Positions 28,102 through 37,819 are shown, counted from the first letter of the stretch. The stretch is 64,000 nt of DNA from an uncultured Flavobacteriales bacterium (GCA_965658245.1 CBFHRO010000002.1:3442-67441), one strand, 5' to 3'. Made by a program: numbers and translations. The notes: a model not told the origin generated them from the letters alone.

Positions 28102-29841
28102 TCAGTTCACCCGTTCATTTCGGGCATTCCACACGGAGCGCTCACCCCGCAGCCACGTGACCACCTCGTCGCGTCCGTCGTTGTCGACGTCGCGTTGCTC
28201 GATGCGGTCTGCACGCGTCAACCCTGACAAGCCTACCTCTTCGCCTTGCCCCAGGGTGAACTCGCGCACCCACCCTGACTCGTCGAGGTACAACACAGAA
28301 GTGCCATCCAAATCGGCGCCTTTGCGAAAAATGGGGACATGGCGGGCATTCACCCGCACGGGTGTGGTCGCCCGGGTGCTGCCGTTGCGCTTCAACAATT
28401 CCACCTGGCCATTTTCTCGTCCCACGTAGAGGTAGTCTTTCGAACCCAGACGCAAGTGACGAATGTGACGAATGGGGGACGACACCTCCACCTCGCTTCC
28501 TGGGCGATGGTTCCAACCGGTGGTCCGTTCCCCTTCCCCTCTGAAATTTTCCACCAGTCCGCTTGTCCGTGAAGCCACGAGGTACCGGTACTTCCTCGTG
28601 TTGTCGTAATCCACGAGTTCCCAAGCCGTCCACTCCCCTTTTGCAGGCTGAAGAGGAAAGCCTGAGACTTCACGCCCCTTCACGTCCACCATGTGCAAGC
28701 CATTCGGCTCACAAAACATGGCTTGGTACTTCCCGTTGGCATAGACATCCACCTCCACAGCGCCACCCTCCAACAATGAGGAGGTCAATGGAACGGACCA
28801 AACAGACGCGCCATCGTCTTGCGCAGCGACAAGCGACTGACCCTCCAAACGCAAAGTCATTTCCGTCGTGGTCCTGTGGTTTCGCACCCTTCCCACCACG
28901 CCGTCTTGCCCAGCACCCCCGTTGCCCGCCACCGGATTTGTGGAGGATCTGACCTCGTCGGTCTCCTCTCGCCCTTGACGAACCCAAGCCACCACCCCAT
29001 TTTCCATGGCTGTCCCGGTCCATGTGGACGAGGGAGTTTGACCTTTGTGCTCCTCCTTGAGAACCTCCCAGGTCCAGTTCGAGGAACCGTTCAGAATGAC
29101 ATCGTCGCCATCCCAATTCACCGTCCAACCCTTCATTTCCCCCAAACCTTCAATGTCTTCACGCCATTGAGGCTCCACATGCCACCTGCCCCCGCCATCC
29201 CATCGCGTTCCCCAAGCGGACGTCCGAATGCCTGCGCGGCACAACGCCACGTCCAAGGGTTCGAAGTCGGTGGGTGCTTCGCCAAGACGGCCTGACCACC
29301 ACTCACTTGGCACCCCCGCGCCGCGTGGGGCGTACAACGTGGGGTGCACCGGTTCATCGTCCATGGGGCACTCCCCATCCGATTGCGGCCAAAACAGCAC
29401 CCCCTCTCCTTGGAGTTGCCACCCAAAGTCCGTGTGACGCAACGTTGCACCGGTCTCCCCTTCGCGCCAACGCGCCGCCATCTCTCCCGGGCGTTCCTCC
29501 CAACGGGCCAGCGATGCTTCTGAACCACTCAACCAACCACCCCGCCACGCGCTCTGACTCCAGCCCTCGGGCAGCATCGACCACGCATTTTCCGCGTGCC
29601 ACAATCCATGACCAGACTCGTCAAAAAACGCCCTGACCCAGGTGGTAGGGGGCACATCCAATCCCTCTGGCAACCGACGCACCACCTCCTCCGGCGTGCT
29701 TTTCACCCACTCTGTCCAACCGTCCGAAGCCCAAAGCATTGGGTTGGCCGCTTCGCCCCCTTCCACGGGGTTGGTGACATGAAAGAAGGTCACAACACCC
29801 GCAAGGAGCAAGGAAAGGATGGGCAGGATCCACGGACGCAT
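28102..29841 (-). CDS. Trp-rich exported protein of unknown function with a C-terminal FG-GAP-like Ca-binding loop
   Basis: Signal anchor 'MRPWILPILSLLLAGVVTFF'. 33 Trp in 579 aa (hand count). 'DVDNDGRDEVV' near the C-terminus. No family recognised. Confidence 0.6.
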   Translation of the reverse strand: MRPWILPILSLLLAGVVTFFHVTNPVEGGEAANPMLWASDGWTEWVKSTPEEVVRRLPEGLDVPPTTWVRAFFDESGHGLWHAENAWSMLPEGWSQSAWRGGWLSGSEASLARWEERPGEMAARWREGETGATLRHTDFGWQLQGEGVLFWPQSDGECPMDDEPVHPTLYAPRGAGVPSEWWSGRLGEAPTDFEPLDVALCRAGIRTSAWGTRWDGGGRWHVEPQWREDIEGLGEMKGWTVNWDGDDVILNGSSNWTWEVLKEEHKGQTPSSTWTGTAMENGVVAWVRQGREETDEVRSSTNPVAGNGGAGQDGVVGRVRNHRTTTEMTLRLEGQSLVAAQDDGASVWSVPLTSSLLEGGAVEVDVYANGKYQAMFCEPNGLHMVDVKGREVSGFPLQPAKGEWTAWELVDYDNTRKYRYLVASRTSGLVENFRGEGERTTGWNHRPGSEVEVSSPIRHIRHLRLGSKDYLYVGRENGQVELLKRNGSTRATTPVRVNARHVPIFRKGADLDGTSVLYLDESGWVREFTLGQGEEVGLSGLTRADRIEQRDVDNDGRDEVVTWLRGERSVWNARNERVN

Positions 29842-29863
29842 GGGCCGAAGTTCGTCGCTGTTG

Positions 29864-31969
29864 TCAGGAAATCCGCACCCAATTGCTGCGGGCTTTCAAC
29901 GCAGTTTCCAACGCTTCTCGCAACGCCGTGTGCTCGGGGCGGCCCAAGTCGGGGTCGTCCTCAAGCACGCTTTGGGCGAGGTAACGCGCGCTGGAAAGCA
30001 AAGGCCTGTCCCGCACCAAGTCCGCGACTTTGAGGTCGGGAACCCCGCTTTGCTGGGTGCCCATCACGTCTCCTGGGCCACGCAGTTCCATGTCCACTTC
30101 GGCAATTTCAAATCCGTCGTTCGTGCGACACATGGTCTCGAGGCGACGGCGGGCATCCTGACCGAGATCCGAAGAAGACATCAAGATGCAATAGCTCTGG
30201 CTTGCGCCCCGCCCCACACGACCACGGAGTTGGTGCAATTGGGACAACCCAAACCGCTCGGCGCTTTCAATGACCATCACACTCGCGTTCGGGACGTTCA
30301 CCCCGACCTCGATGACCGTGGTGGCCACAAGGATTTGGGCTTGGCCCTTGGCGAATCGGTCCATCTCCCACGCCTTGTCCTCGGGCTTCATGCGGCCGTG
30401 CACAATGGCCACCTGATATTGTGGCGGCGGGAAGCGACGGACGATGCTTTCGTAGCCGTCCATCAAATCTTTGTGATCTAGCGTGGCACTCTCTTCGATC
30501 AGCGGGTACACGAGGTAAATCTGTCTGCCTTCGGCGATTTGGTCTTCCAAAAACTGGAACACCCCCAGACGGGCCGCATCTGTACGATGCACCGTTTGGA
30601 TGGGTTTCCGCCCCGGAGGCAATTCGTCCAAAATGCTGGCATCGAGGTCGCCGTACGCGGTCATCGCCAAGGTCCTCGGAATGGGTGTCGCCGTCATCAC
30701 CAAAATGTGCGGCGCCACCTTGGCCTTCTTCCACAGCTTCGCCCGTTGCGCAACCCCAAAACGGTGCTGCTCATCGATGACGGCCAACCCCAACTTGGCA
30801 AAGATCACTTTCGGTTCGATCAAGGCATGGGTTCCCACGAGAATGTCGATTTCGCCGGTCTTCAGGTCCTCCAAAATGGTTTTCCGAGCCGCGCCTTTGA
30901 CCGACCCCGTGAGGAGTTCCACACGAACATCCATCGGACCCAACATCTCGCGCAACCCCTCGAGATGCTGCTGGGCAAGGATCTCTGTGGGCGCCATGAT
31001 GGCCGCTTGGTAACCGTTGTCTTTGGCCAGCAAAGCAGTCAGCAAGGCCACCACGGTCTTGCCACTTCCCACGTCTCCTTGCAACAACCGGTTCATGTGC
31101 CAACCGGTGTTGAGGTCACCTCGAATCTCGCGGAGGACGCGTTTTTGGGCGTCGGTCAACTCGAAGGGGAGCTGGTTGTGGTAGAATGTGTTGAAGGCGT
31201 CTCCGACCTCCGCAAACCGCACCCCGGGCATGTCCTCAGTCACGGTCTTCTTGTGCTGAAGCAAGGTCAACTGCAGGAGAAAGAGCTCTTCAAAGCGAAG
31301 CCGTGTTTGCGCACGTTCGGCTTCCTGCGGCGTGGCAGGTGCGTGCACGGTGCGCAGGGCCTCCGCCCGTCCCATCAACTTCATTTCTCGCAGCACCCGT
31401 TCGGGCAGCGTCTCCGTCATGGCAGGCTGTACGGCCGCTGCCACATTGCGAATGAACTTGGCCAAGCCCTGACTGTTCAGGCCCTGACGGCCGAGTTTTT
31501 CCGTGCTCGAGTACACGGGATGCAGCCCATCTCCCTTCCTCGTTTCAAAGTGGGACAACAGTTCCACTTCCGGGTGGGCGATGTTCCATTTGCCCTTGTA
31601 CAAATTGGGCTTGCCGTAGACCACCACCTCTTTTTGGACGGGCAGGTTCCGCAGAATCCACTGGGCTCCACGGAACCATTGAAGCTCCACCGTGGCTTCG
31701 CCGTCGTCGAACATCGCGATGAGTCGGCTGCCTCGGGCGCCACGCACTTCTTTGGCTTGGGTGATCACGCCCAGCATTTGGACAGCGGTGTGCTCACTCT
31801 GGATGTCCGCAATGCGATGAAATTGGCTGCGGTCCTCGTACCGAAAAGGCAGGTGCAAGAGCAGGTCCATGCACGTCCGAATGCCCAACTCGGAAACAAG
31901 GGCGTCGGACCGTTTGGGCCCGACGCCTTTGAGAAATTCTACAGGAGTGGATGGGAGCACCTCGGCCAT
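29864..31969 (-). CDS. recG: ATP-dependent DNA helicase RecG
   Basis: Wedge/OB N-terminus, helicase motifs 'GDVGSGKT', 'DEQHRFG', 'MTATPIPRT', 'QLHQLRGRVGRG'. ATG at 31969; the track start at 31975 is GTG. Confidence 0.95.
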   Translation of the reverse strand: MAEVLPSTPVEFLKGVGPKRSDALVSELGIRTCMDLLLHLPFRYEDRSQFHRIADIQSEHTAVQMLGVITQAKEVRGARGSRLIAMFDDGEATVELQWFRGAQWILRNLPVQKEVVVYGKPNLYKGKWNIAHPEVELLSHFETRKGDGLHPVYSSTEKLGRQGLNSQGLAKFIRNVAAAVQPAMTETLPERVLREMKLMGRAEALRTVHAPATPQEAERAQTRLRFEELFLLQLTLLQHKKTVTEDMPGVRFAEVGDAFNTFYHNQLPFELTDAQKRVLREIRGDLNTGWHMNRLLQGDVGSGKTVVALLTALLAKDNGYQAAIMAPTEILAQQHLEGLREMLGPMDVRVELLTGSVKGAARKTILEDLKTGEIDILVGTHALIEPKVIFAKLGLAVIDEQHRFGVAQRAKLWKKAKVAPHILVMTATPIPRTLAMTAYGDLDASILDELPPGRKPIQTVHRTDAARLGVFQFLEDQIAEGRQIYLVYPLIEESATLDHKDLMDGYESIVRRFPPPQYQVAIVHGRMKPEDKAWEMDRFAKGQAQILVATTVIEVGVNVPNASVMVIESAERFGLSQLHQLRGRVGRGASQSYCILMSSSDLGQDARRRLETMCRTNDGFEIAEVDMELRGPGDVMGTQQSGVPDLKVADLVRDRPLLSSARYLAQSVLEDDPDLGRPEHTALREALETALKARSNWVRIS

Positions 31970-31998
31970 GGTCACGACAAGCTACGTCCCTTCCCCCG

Positions 31999-33267
31999 TC
32001 AGACCAACATCAAGACGGGATTCTCCAAGTTTTGCTTGACTTCGTTCAAGAAGGCCGCCCCGGTGGCGCCATCCACCACGCGGTGGTCGCAGCTCAAGGT
32101 CACCTTCATGGTGTGGCCAGGCACCACAGCGCCGTCACGAACCACAGGCACTGCCTGGATGCCACCGACCGCGAGGATGCACGCATCGGGCGGGTTGATG
32201 ATGGCCGTGAACTCGTCGATGCCAAACATGCCGAGGTTCGAAATCGTGAAGGTGTTGCCTTCCCAATCGCTCGGCTGGAGTTTTTTGTCTTTCGCTTTTT
32301 GGGCAAACTCGCGCACTTCCAAGCCAATCTCGCCGAACGACTTCACGTTCGCGTGGCGCACCACGGGCACCAGCAAGCCGTCTTCAACCGCCACGGCCAC
32401 GCCGATGTGGACGTGCTCGTTGTAGCGAATGCGATCCTCCAACCAGCTGCTGTTCACGGCGGGATGGTTCTTGAGGGCCATCGCCACGGCCTTCACGACC
32501 ATGTCGTTGAAGCTCACACGATGAGGTCCGCGGTCGTTGATGGCTTTGCGGGCCACCATGGCAGCGTCCATGTCAATGGTCAGACTCAAGTAGAAGTGAG
32601 GCGCGGTGAATTTGCTCTCGGCCAAACGGCGGGCAATGGTCTTTCGCATCTGCGAAACACCCACTTCCGTGAAGCGCTCCACTGCGGTCGCTGCACTGGC
32701 GCCCCCCCCCACGAAGGATTCGACGTCGCGCTTGACGATGCGGCCGCCTTCACCCGAACCTGGAATCAAGCCCAAGCTCAGTCCGCGCTCCTCGGCCAAA
32801 CGCTTGGCCAATGGAGAAGCTTTCACGCGGCCGTTCGCCACAGCGGGTGCTGGGGCAGGGGCTGCTTGCGCTGCAGGGGCTGGAGCCGCCGCGGGTGCAG
32901 GGGCCGGAGCAGGTGCGGGTGCGGGCGCTGGAGACGCAGCGGGCGCGGGTGCAGGGGCAGGTGCGGCGGGCGCTTCCTCTGCCGGAGCCTCCGCCTCTGC
33001 AGAAGCGAGCAATTCGGCGATGTCCTCGCCCTTCTCGCCAAGCACGCAGAGCACGCTGTCCACAGGTGCGGCGCCTCCTTTCTCCACACCAATGTGAAGC
33101 AAGACACCGTCCTGGAAGGACTCAAACTCCATCGTGGCTTTGTCGGTTTCGATTTCGGCAAGCAACTCGCCGCTTTCCACCTCGTCACCAATGTTTTTGT
33201 GCCACTCCGCGACGACCCCTTCGGTCATGGTGTCGCTCAATTTGGGCATGCGAATGATTTCAGCCAT
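31999..33267 (-). CDS. pyruvate dehydrogenase complex E2 dihydrolipoyllysine acetyltransferase
   Basis: Lipoyl domain 'EIETDKATME', long Ala/Pro linker, E3-binding 'ASPLAKRLAEE', catalytic 'SCDHRVVDGA'. Confidence 0.9.
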   Translation of the reverse strand: MAEIIRMPKLSDTMTEGVVAEWHKNIGDEVESGELLAEIETDKATMEFESFQDGVLLHIGVEKGGAAPVDSVLCVLGEKGEDIAELLASAEAEAPAEEAPAAPAPAPAPAASPAPAPAPAPAPAPAAAPAPAAQAAPAPAPAVANGRVKASPLAKRLAEERGLSLGLIPGSGEGGRIVKRDVESFVGGGASAATAVERFTEVGVSQMRKTIARRLAESKFTAPHFYLSLTIDMDAAMVARKAINDRGPHRVSFNDMVVKAVAMALKNHPAVNSSWLEDRIRYNEHVHIGVAVAVEDGLLVPVVRHANVKSFGEIGLEVREFAQKAKDKKLQPSDWEGNTFTISNLGMFGIDEFTAIINPPDACILAVGGIQAVPVVRDGAVVPGHTMKVTLSCDHRVVDGATGAAFLNEVKQNLENPVLMLV

Positions 33268-33268
33268 G

Positions 33269-34339
33269 TCAGTCGTTCACAAAGGGGTAATCAGATTGCA
33301 TGTAGACGTCTTCGTAGAGCTCTGAAGCATCGGGAAGCGGGCTTTCCTCCGCAAACTTGATGGCTTCCTCCACTTGAGCCTTGACCTCTTTTTCGACGGC
33401 CTTGAGCTCCTCTTCCGTGTTCCACTTGTTCTCGAGGATGATGCCACGGACATGGGCGATGGGGTCGCGCTCCACGTAGCTGGCCACCTCGTCCTTGGTG
33501 CGGTACTTCTGCGGGTCACTCATGGAGTGGCCCTTGTAGCGGTACGTCTTGATGTCCAAAAGTGTGGGTCCCTCGCCTTTGCGGCCGCGCTCTGCAGCTT
33601 CGGCGATGGCGTCGCGAACGGCCTCAGGGCTCATGCCGTCGACGGTCGCTGAAGGCATTTTGTAGCTCGCTCCGAGCGTCTCGAGGTCGGTCACGTTGGA
33701 CGTGCGCTCGACCGAGGTGCCCATGGCGTACTGGTTGTTCTCAATGATGAAAATCACAGGGAGCTTCCAGGTCATGGCCATGTTGAAGGTCTCGTGAAGC
33801 ATGCCTTGGCGCGCAGCACCGTCCCCCATGAAGCACACAGTTACGTGGTCCTCCTTGCGGTATTTGTCCGCGAAGGCGATGCCGGCACCGAGGCCGATTT
33901 GACCCCCGACAATGCCGTGTCCGCCAAAGAGGTTGCGCTCTTTGTCGAACATGTGCATCGAACCGCCCTTGCCCTTGCTCGTCCCTGTCTTTTTGCCGTA
34001 CATCTCGGCCATGACGAACTTGGGGTCGGTGCCCAACACGAGGGGGTGGGCGTGGTCGCGGTAGGCCGTGATCACACGGTCCGTGGGACGGATGGCCTCA
34101 CGCATGCCAGAAAGCACAGCTTCTTGTCCAATGTACAAGTGGCAAAAGCCGCCGAATTTTTGTTGAATGTACAGCTGACCGCAACGTTCCTCGAACTTTC
34201 GCATGAGGTACATCTCGCGAAACCAGCGCGTGTATGTGTCTTTGTTCAGGCCCTTTGCTGACTTCTTGGCAGCGGGCTTGCTTCCTGCTTTTGCCGGCTT
34301 TTTGGGCGCTGCAGTCGCTGTAGGTTGTGAAGTTGCCAT
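33269..34339 (-). CDS. pdhA: pyruvate dehydrogenase E1 component alpha subunit
   Basis: TPP motif region 'GDGAARQG...NNQYAMGT' and 'YRYKGHSMSD'. ATG at 34339 is preferred; the track start at 34360 is TTG and falls inside a promoter-like box. Confidence 0.9.
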   Translation of the reverse strand: MATSQPTATAAPKKPAKAGSKPAAKKSAKGLNKDTYTRWFREMYLMRKFEERCGQLYIQQKFGGFCHLYIGQEAVLSGMREAIRPTDRVITAYRDHAHPLVLGTDPKFVMAEMYGKKTGTSKGKGGSMHMFDKERNLFGGHGIVGGQIGLGAGIAFADKYRKEDHVTVCFMGDGAARQGMLHETFNMAMTWKLPVIFIIENNQYAMGTSVERTSNVTDLETLGASYKMPSATVDGMSPEAVRDAIAEAAERGRKGEGPTLLDIKTYRYKGHSMSDPQKYRTKDEVASYVERDPIAHVRGIILENKWNTEEELKAVEKEVKAQVEEAIKFAEESPLPDASELYEDVYMQSDYPFVND

Positions 34340-34357
34340 CGCGTTTGGATTAACGTT

Positions 34358-34365
34358 CAAATATA
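34358..34365 (-). promoter_or_regulatory. candidate Bacteroidota -7 promoter box (TATATTTG) for pdhA
   Basis: The minus strand reads TATATTTG, an exact match to TAnnTTTG, 18 nt upstream of the ATG at 34339. Confidence 0.35.
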
Positions 34366-34552
34366 GCGTTCCGCCTCACCCGCTCGCCGGACCAAGGTCA
34401 CGAGCCACGCACCTGCTCATATCGTGTATCAAGTACACTACATCAAGCACGCCTTTCGATGCCAACCTAGAGAGACTCGCGCAACGAATGCCTTGCCAAG
34501 CGCGTTGTATCTTCACGGCCGCTCCTTGGGCGCCCCACACCATACCTGCGAA

Positions 34553-35386
34553 TTGTCTCCTCACCTGCATCAACTTCTTCAAAGCCGAAGTCCCCTTGGA
34601 CTGGAGGCCATTGACGCCGTGGCGCTGATGGACCGCTTCGACTCCAAGTACGTTGTGCCCGTGGCATGGCTGGAAAACCTCGTCCAAGAACTGGGCGAAC
34701 ACAGCATTCTTTCCATCCAAGAACACGTCTCCACGGTCTACAACAACCTCTACTTCGACACGCCGGAAGGAACTTGCTTGGAAGACCACACCCGCGGCAA
34801 AAACATCCGGAACAAAGTGCGCGTTCGCCAATATGCCAACACTGGCGTGGCTTTCTTGGAAGTGAAGTTGCGCGACGTGCACAGCAAGACCTACAAGCAC
34901 CGCATTGTGCGCCAAGGGGCATGGGACGCTCCTTTGACCCCAGAGGAATTCGACTTCCTCGGTCAACACCTCCCCAACGCGAGCACACTGGAACCCACGT
35001 TGCAGAGTTCCTTTGAACGCTTCACCTTGATTCACGTGGGCCAGGGAGAACGCATCACCTTTGACCAAGATCTTCGCTTTAAGGTTCCGGCCATGAAAGA
35101 AAGTGGAGACCATTCTTGGGTGAAACCCACGCCGCATTTGGCTGTGGTGGAATGGAAACAGAGCAACGTCAACCACCAAGGCGAACTCATCCAGGCCATC
35201 CGTGCCCAAAAGGGCCGTCGCGGCCCCTTGGGGCGCAGCTTGCGCCTGTCCAAATTTGTGCTGGGCCAAGCCCATCTCGCCCCGGAGCGCAACTTCCGTG
35301 GCTACCGCGCAGCGCTGCGTGACCTCGCGCGTGCCGAACATTACGCTGCAAACCCGACCTTCGCGCCGCAATCCATTCTGAGATGA
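34553..35386 (+). CDS. VTC-domain (polyphosphate polymerase-like, triphosphate-tunnel fold) protein
   Basis: 'LMDRFDSKYVVP', 'NLYFDTPE', 'KVRVRQY...AFLEVKLRD', 'HRIVRQG'. The start is uncertain: TTG at 34553 fits the family N-terminus best. GTG at 34424 and ATG at 34628 are alternatives. Confidence 0.7.
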   Translation: MSPHLHQLLQSRSPLGLEAIDAVALMDRFDSKYVVPVAWLENLVQELGEHSILSIQEHVSTVYNNLYFDTPEGTCLEDHTRGKNIRNKVRVRQYANTGVAFLEVKLRDVHSKTYKHRIVRQGAWDAPLTPEEFDFLGQHLPNASTLEPTLQSSFERFTLIHVGQGERITFDQDLRFKVPAMKESGDHSWVKPTPHLAVVEWKQSNVNHQGELIQAIRAQKGRRGPLGRSLRLSKFVLGQAHLAPERNFRGYRAALRDLARAEHYAANPTFAPQSILR

Positions 35387-36030
35387 CCGCATCCTTGTCT
35401 ACGATCCTCCATGCTGCCTTTCTGAGCCCTGGCTGGGAATCCCTCCTCGGCTTGTTTGCGCTCAACCTCGTGTCCTCACTGGTTGTGGTGCGTTTGATTT
35501 ACCACATGGCCGCGAAGCGACGCGACTTTGTGTTCACGTTCATGCTGGTATCCACAGCCGTGTTCTTGTTGTGCCGCCTTTTGGCTGGCGTGGAAATCGA
35601 TTTGGCGTTTGCCTTGGGCCTGTTCGCCATTTTCGGCATCATTCGATACAGAACGAACGCCATCCCGATTCGGGAAATGACGTACCTGTTCATTGTCATC
35701 ACGCTTGCCGTCATCAATGCCTTGGCCCCTTTGGCCGCCTCATGGCTCGAGATTGCCATGGCCAACGTGCTGATTTGGGCCCTGTCCTACGTCTTGGAAC
35801 GGTTGTGGTTTGTGGAGCACCTGGCGACCAAAATGGTCATTTACGACCGCATCGACTTGCTGCACGCAGGACGCCGTCACGAGCTGATTGCCGACCTCGA
35901 GCAACGCACTGGGGTCACCATCGTTCACTTGGAGATTGGCAAGGTGGACTTGCTCCGAGACACCGCCAACTTGAAGATTCACTTCTCTGCGGACCAAGAG
36001 CCCGGTCACTTCGAGGAACTTCAGCCCTGA
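35383..36030 (+). CDS. DUF4956-like membrane protein
   Basis: ATGA overlap with the VTC gene. Four TM helices are followed by a soluble tail. 'FAIFGIIRYRTNAIPIREMTYLF' is recalled as DUF4956-like. This is the usual partner of bacterial VTC genes. Confidence 0.7.
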   Translation: MTASLSTILHAAFLSPGWESLLGLFALNLVSSLVVVRLIYHMAAKRRDFVFTFMLVSTAVFLLCRLLAGVEIDLAFALGLFAIFGIIRYRTNAIPIREMTYLFIVITLAVINALAPLAASWLEIAMANVLIWALSYVLERLWFVEHLATKMVIYDRIDLLHAGRRHELIADLEQRTGVTIVHLEIGKVDLLRDTANLKIHFSADQEPGHFEELQP

Positions 36031-36040
36031 TTGGCCTGAA

Positions 36041-36520
36041 TCATTGCGCTTGAAGAAGGACCACAGCATGCGCGCTCACGCCCTGCTCTAACCCCACAAA
36101 ACCGAGCTTTTCAGTGGTGGTGGCTTTGATGCCCACCTGTCCCACGTCTGCACCCAAAATGTCCGCAATGCACTGACGCATCGCGGGGATGTGGGGCTTG
36201 AGCTTGGGCTGCTGCAGGCACACCGTGGAGTCAAGATTGGCCAATCCAAAGCCTTTCGCTTGGACCATCTTCCACGTGTCCCTCAACAAGATTTTGCTGT
36301 CGATGCCTTTGTAGGCAGGGTCCGTGTCAGGAAAGTGCGTGCCAATGTCTCCCAAGGCGAGTGCGCCCAACATGGCGTCACAAATGACGTGGAGCAGCAC
36401 GTCGGCGTCGCTGTGACCCACCGATCCTTTGTGATGCGGAATGGTCAGACCGCCAATGACGAGATCCTCCCCTTCCGCGAGCTGGTGAACGTCGTAGCCG
36501 TAACCGATGCGAAGACTCAT
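36041..36520 (-). CDS. ispF: 2-C-methyl-D-erythritol 2,4-cyclodiphosphate synthase
   Basis: 'GYGYDVH', 'GHSDADVLLH', 'GDIGTHFPDTD'. ATGA overlap with the porV stop. Confidence 0.95.
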   Translation of the reverse strand: MSLRIGYGYDVHQLAEGEDLVIGGLTIPHHKGSVGHSDADVLLHVICDAMLGALALGDIGTHFPDTDPAYKGIDSKILLRDTWKMVQAKGFGLANLDSTVCLQQPKLKPHIPAMRQCIADILGADVGQVGIKATTTEKLGFVGLEQGVSAHAVVLLQAQ

Positions 36521-37782
36521 TCCTCGCCGTTGACGTAGTCGGCCAAATCCGAGAACTGCAACCGAAGCGAGAAGCGAAGGGTGTTGGCCAACGGATTCTG
36601 CTGGGTCGTGCTGATGAGGTAGCTGAGATCCACCGTAAACACGGTGTATTTCACGCCCGCCCCCAACGTCACAAACTGACGGTTGCCCTTGCTGAAGTGC
36701 TCAAAGAAGTAGCCTGTGCGGAAGGCAAACACGTCCGCGAAGTTGTATTCCAAACCCGCACCCAAATTCACCTCGCGCAATTCCTCGCGCCAGCGGCTTC
36801 CTTCGAGAATGGTAGCCTCGCCCTCGCTGTCAATCGTCACGATCCCAGGAGCATCGTAAAAGCTCTGCACGATGCCTGTGGCTACCCCCACGTTGGGGTC
36901 CATGCCACTGACAATCGGCAATACACCGTCCGGGCCCGGATCATTTCCATAGATGGGCTGCGTCGGCACCAACAATTTGTTGGCATCCAAGGCCACGGTC
37001 AAGCTGTTGTACTCGTCGAACTCTGTTTCGTAAGCTGCCCCGATGCGAAGGTTGCTTGGGATGAAGTCACGGGCTGCAGTCTCTGTGTAGGACATCTTCG
37101 CCCCGAGGTTGCTCATGTTGAGTCCCATGCTGAATGTCCCGTCCTTCTCACCCCAGTCCGCCTGGTCGTTGACGTAGTACATGCTCAAATCTGCAGCCAC
37201 GGAGATTCCGGGGCGGCTTTCAGCCCCTTGCACGGCCGTTCCACCCGTCAGGTTGCTGTGAATGAATCGCGCTGAGAAACCGCCGCTGAAACGGTCGGAA
37301 AATTTCTGGGAAAAACCGCCGTCGAGGCTGAGTTCGGCGGGCTGAAAATCGCGAATGGTGGTGCCCACCTCATCTGTGAAGGTGATGTTGCCTAGGCTGA
37401 AATAGCGAAGGGCCACCCCGTACGCCTGACGTTTGTTCAGACGACGCACCGAACTGACGTACGCCAAATTCATGTCGTCCACCAACGCACGCAACCAAGG
37501 CGCGTAGCTCAAGCTCATCTCCACTTCGTTGGTCGAGAAGGCCATTTTGGCAGGGTTCCAATGCATGCTGTTGGCATCGGGAGACAAAGCCACTCCGACA
37601 TCTCCCATCGCGCCTGAACGCGAATCTGGCGCAATCATCAAGAAAGGCACTGCCGTGGTGATGGTGTTCAACTGCAGCAGTTGGGTGGGGTCTTCTTCGA
37701 CAATTTGACCCCAAGTAGAAGTCGGGGACACAAAGGTCAAGACCGCAAGCACAATTGCGGTGGTGTGGAGGAATTGCTTCAT
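36517..37782 (-). CDS. porV: T9SS outer-membrane protein PorV
   Basis: The ATG at 37782 gives a signal peptide ('MKQFLHTTAIVLAVLTFVSP'). 'AVPFLMIAPDSRSGAMGDVGVA' and 'MHWNPAKMAF' are typical of PorV. Beta-barrel pattern. It is located downstream of porU. Confidence 0.88.
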   Translation of the reverse strand: MKQFLHTTAIVLAVLTFVSPTSTWGQIVEEDPTQLLQLNTITTAVPFLMIAPDSRSGAMGDVGVALSPDANSMHWNPAKMAFSTNEVEMSLSYAPWLRALVDDMNLAYVSSVRRLNKRQAYGVALRYFSLGNITFTDEVGTTIRDFQPAELSLDGGFSQKFSDRFSGGFSARFIHSNLTGGTAVQGAESRPGISVAADLSMYYVNDQADWGEKDGTFSMGLNMSNLGAKMSYTETAARDFIPSNLRIGAAYETEFDEYNSLTVALDANKLLVPTQPIYGNDPGPDGVLPIVSGMDPNVGVATGIVQSFYDAPGIVTIDSEGEATILEGSRWREELREVNLGAGLEYNFADVFAFRTGYFFEHFSKGNRQFVTLGAGVKYTVFTVDLSYLISTTQQNPLANTLRFSLRLQFSDLADYVNGEE

Positions 37783-37819
37783 CGTAGAGCGGCCAAAGTT
37801 AATCAGTCTGTCCATGGTG

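Noticed and set aside
32839-33003. A quasi-periodic GC-rich stretch (GCN/CCN units) that looks like a tandem repeat.
   Set aside because: It encodes the Ala/Pro-rich flexible linker of the E2 acetyltransferase ('APAAPAPAPAPAASPAPAPAPAPAPAPAAAPAPAAQAAPAPAPA'). This is a normal feature of these enzymes. The TonB spacer 'PDPDPEPEPDPEP' (about 21340-21400) is explained the same way.
30539-33360. Two long plus-strand ORFs (628 aa and 469 aa) antisense to recG and the PDH E2 gene.
   Set aside because: Each is codon-aligned with the gene opposite it (recG phase 2, E2 phase 1). The translations contain Arg/Gly/Cys runs that mirror the E2 Ala/Pro linker. They are shadow ORFs.
33269-34339. PDH E1 alpha followed directly by E2 with no E1 beta gene between them, raising the possibility of a lost gene.
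   Set aside because: Only 1 nt separates the E1 alpha stop (33269-33271) from the E2 start codon (33265-33267), so there is no room for a remnant. As far as I recall, unlinked pdhB is common in Bacteroidota. This is not evidence of a deletion.
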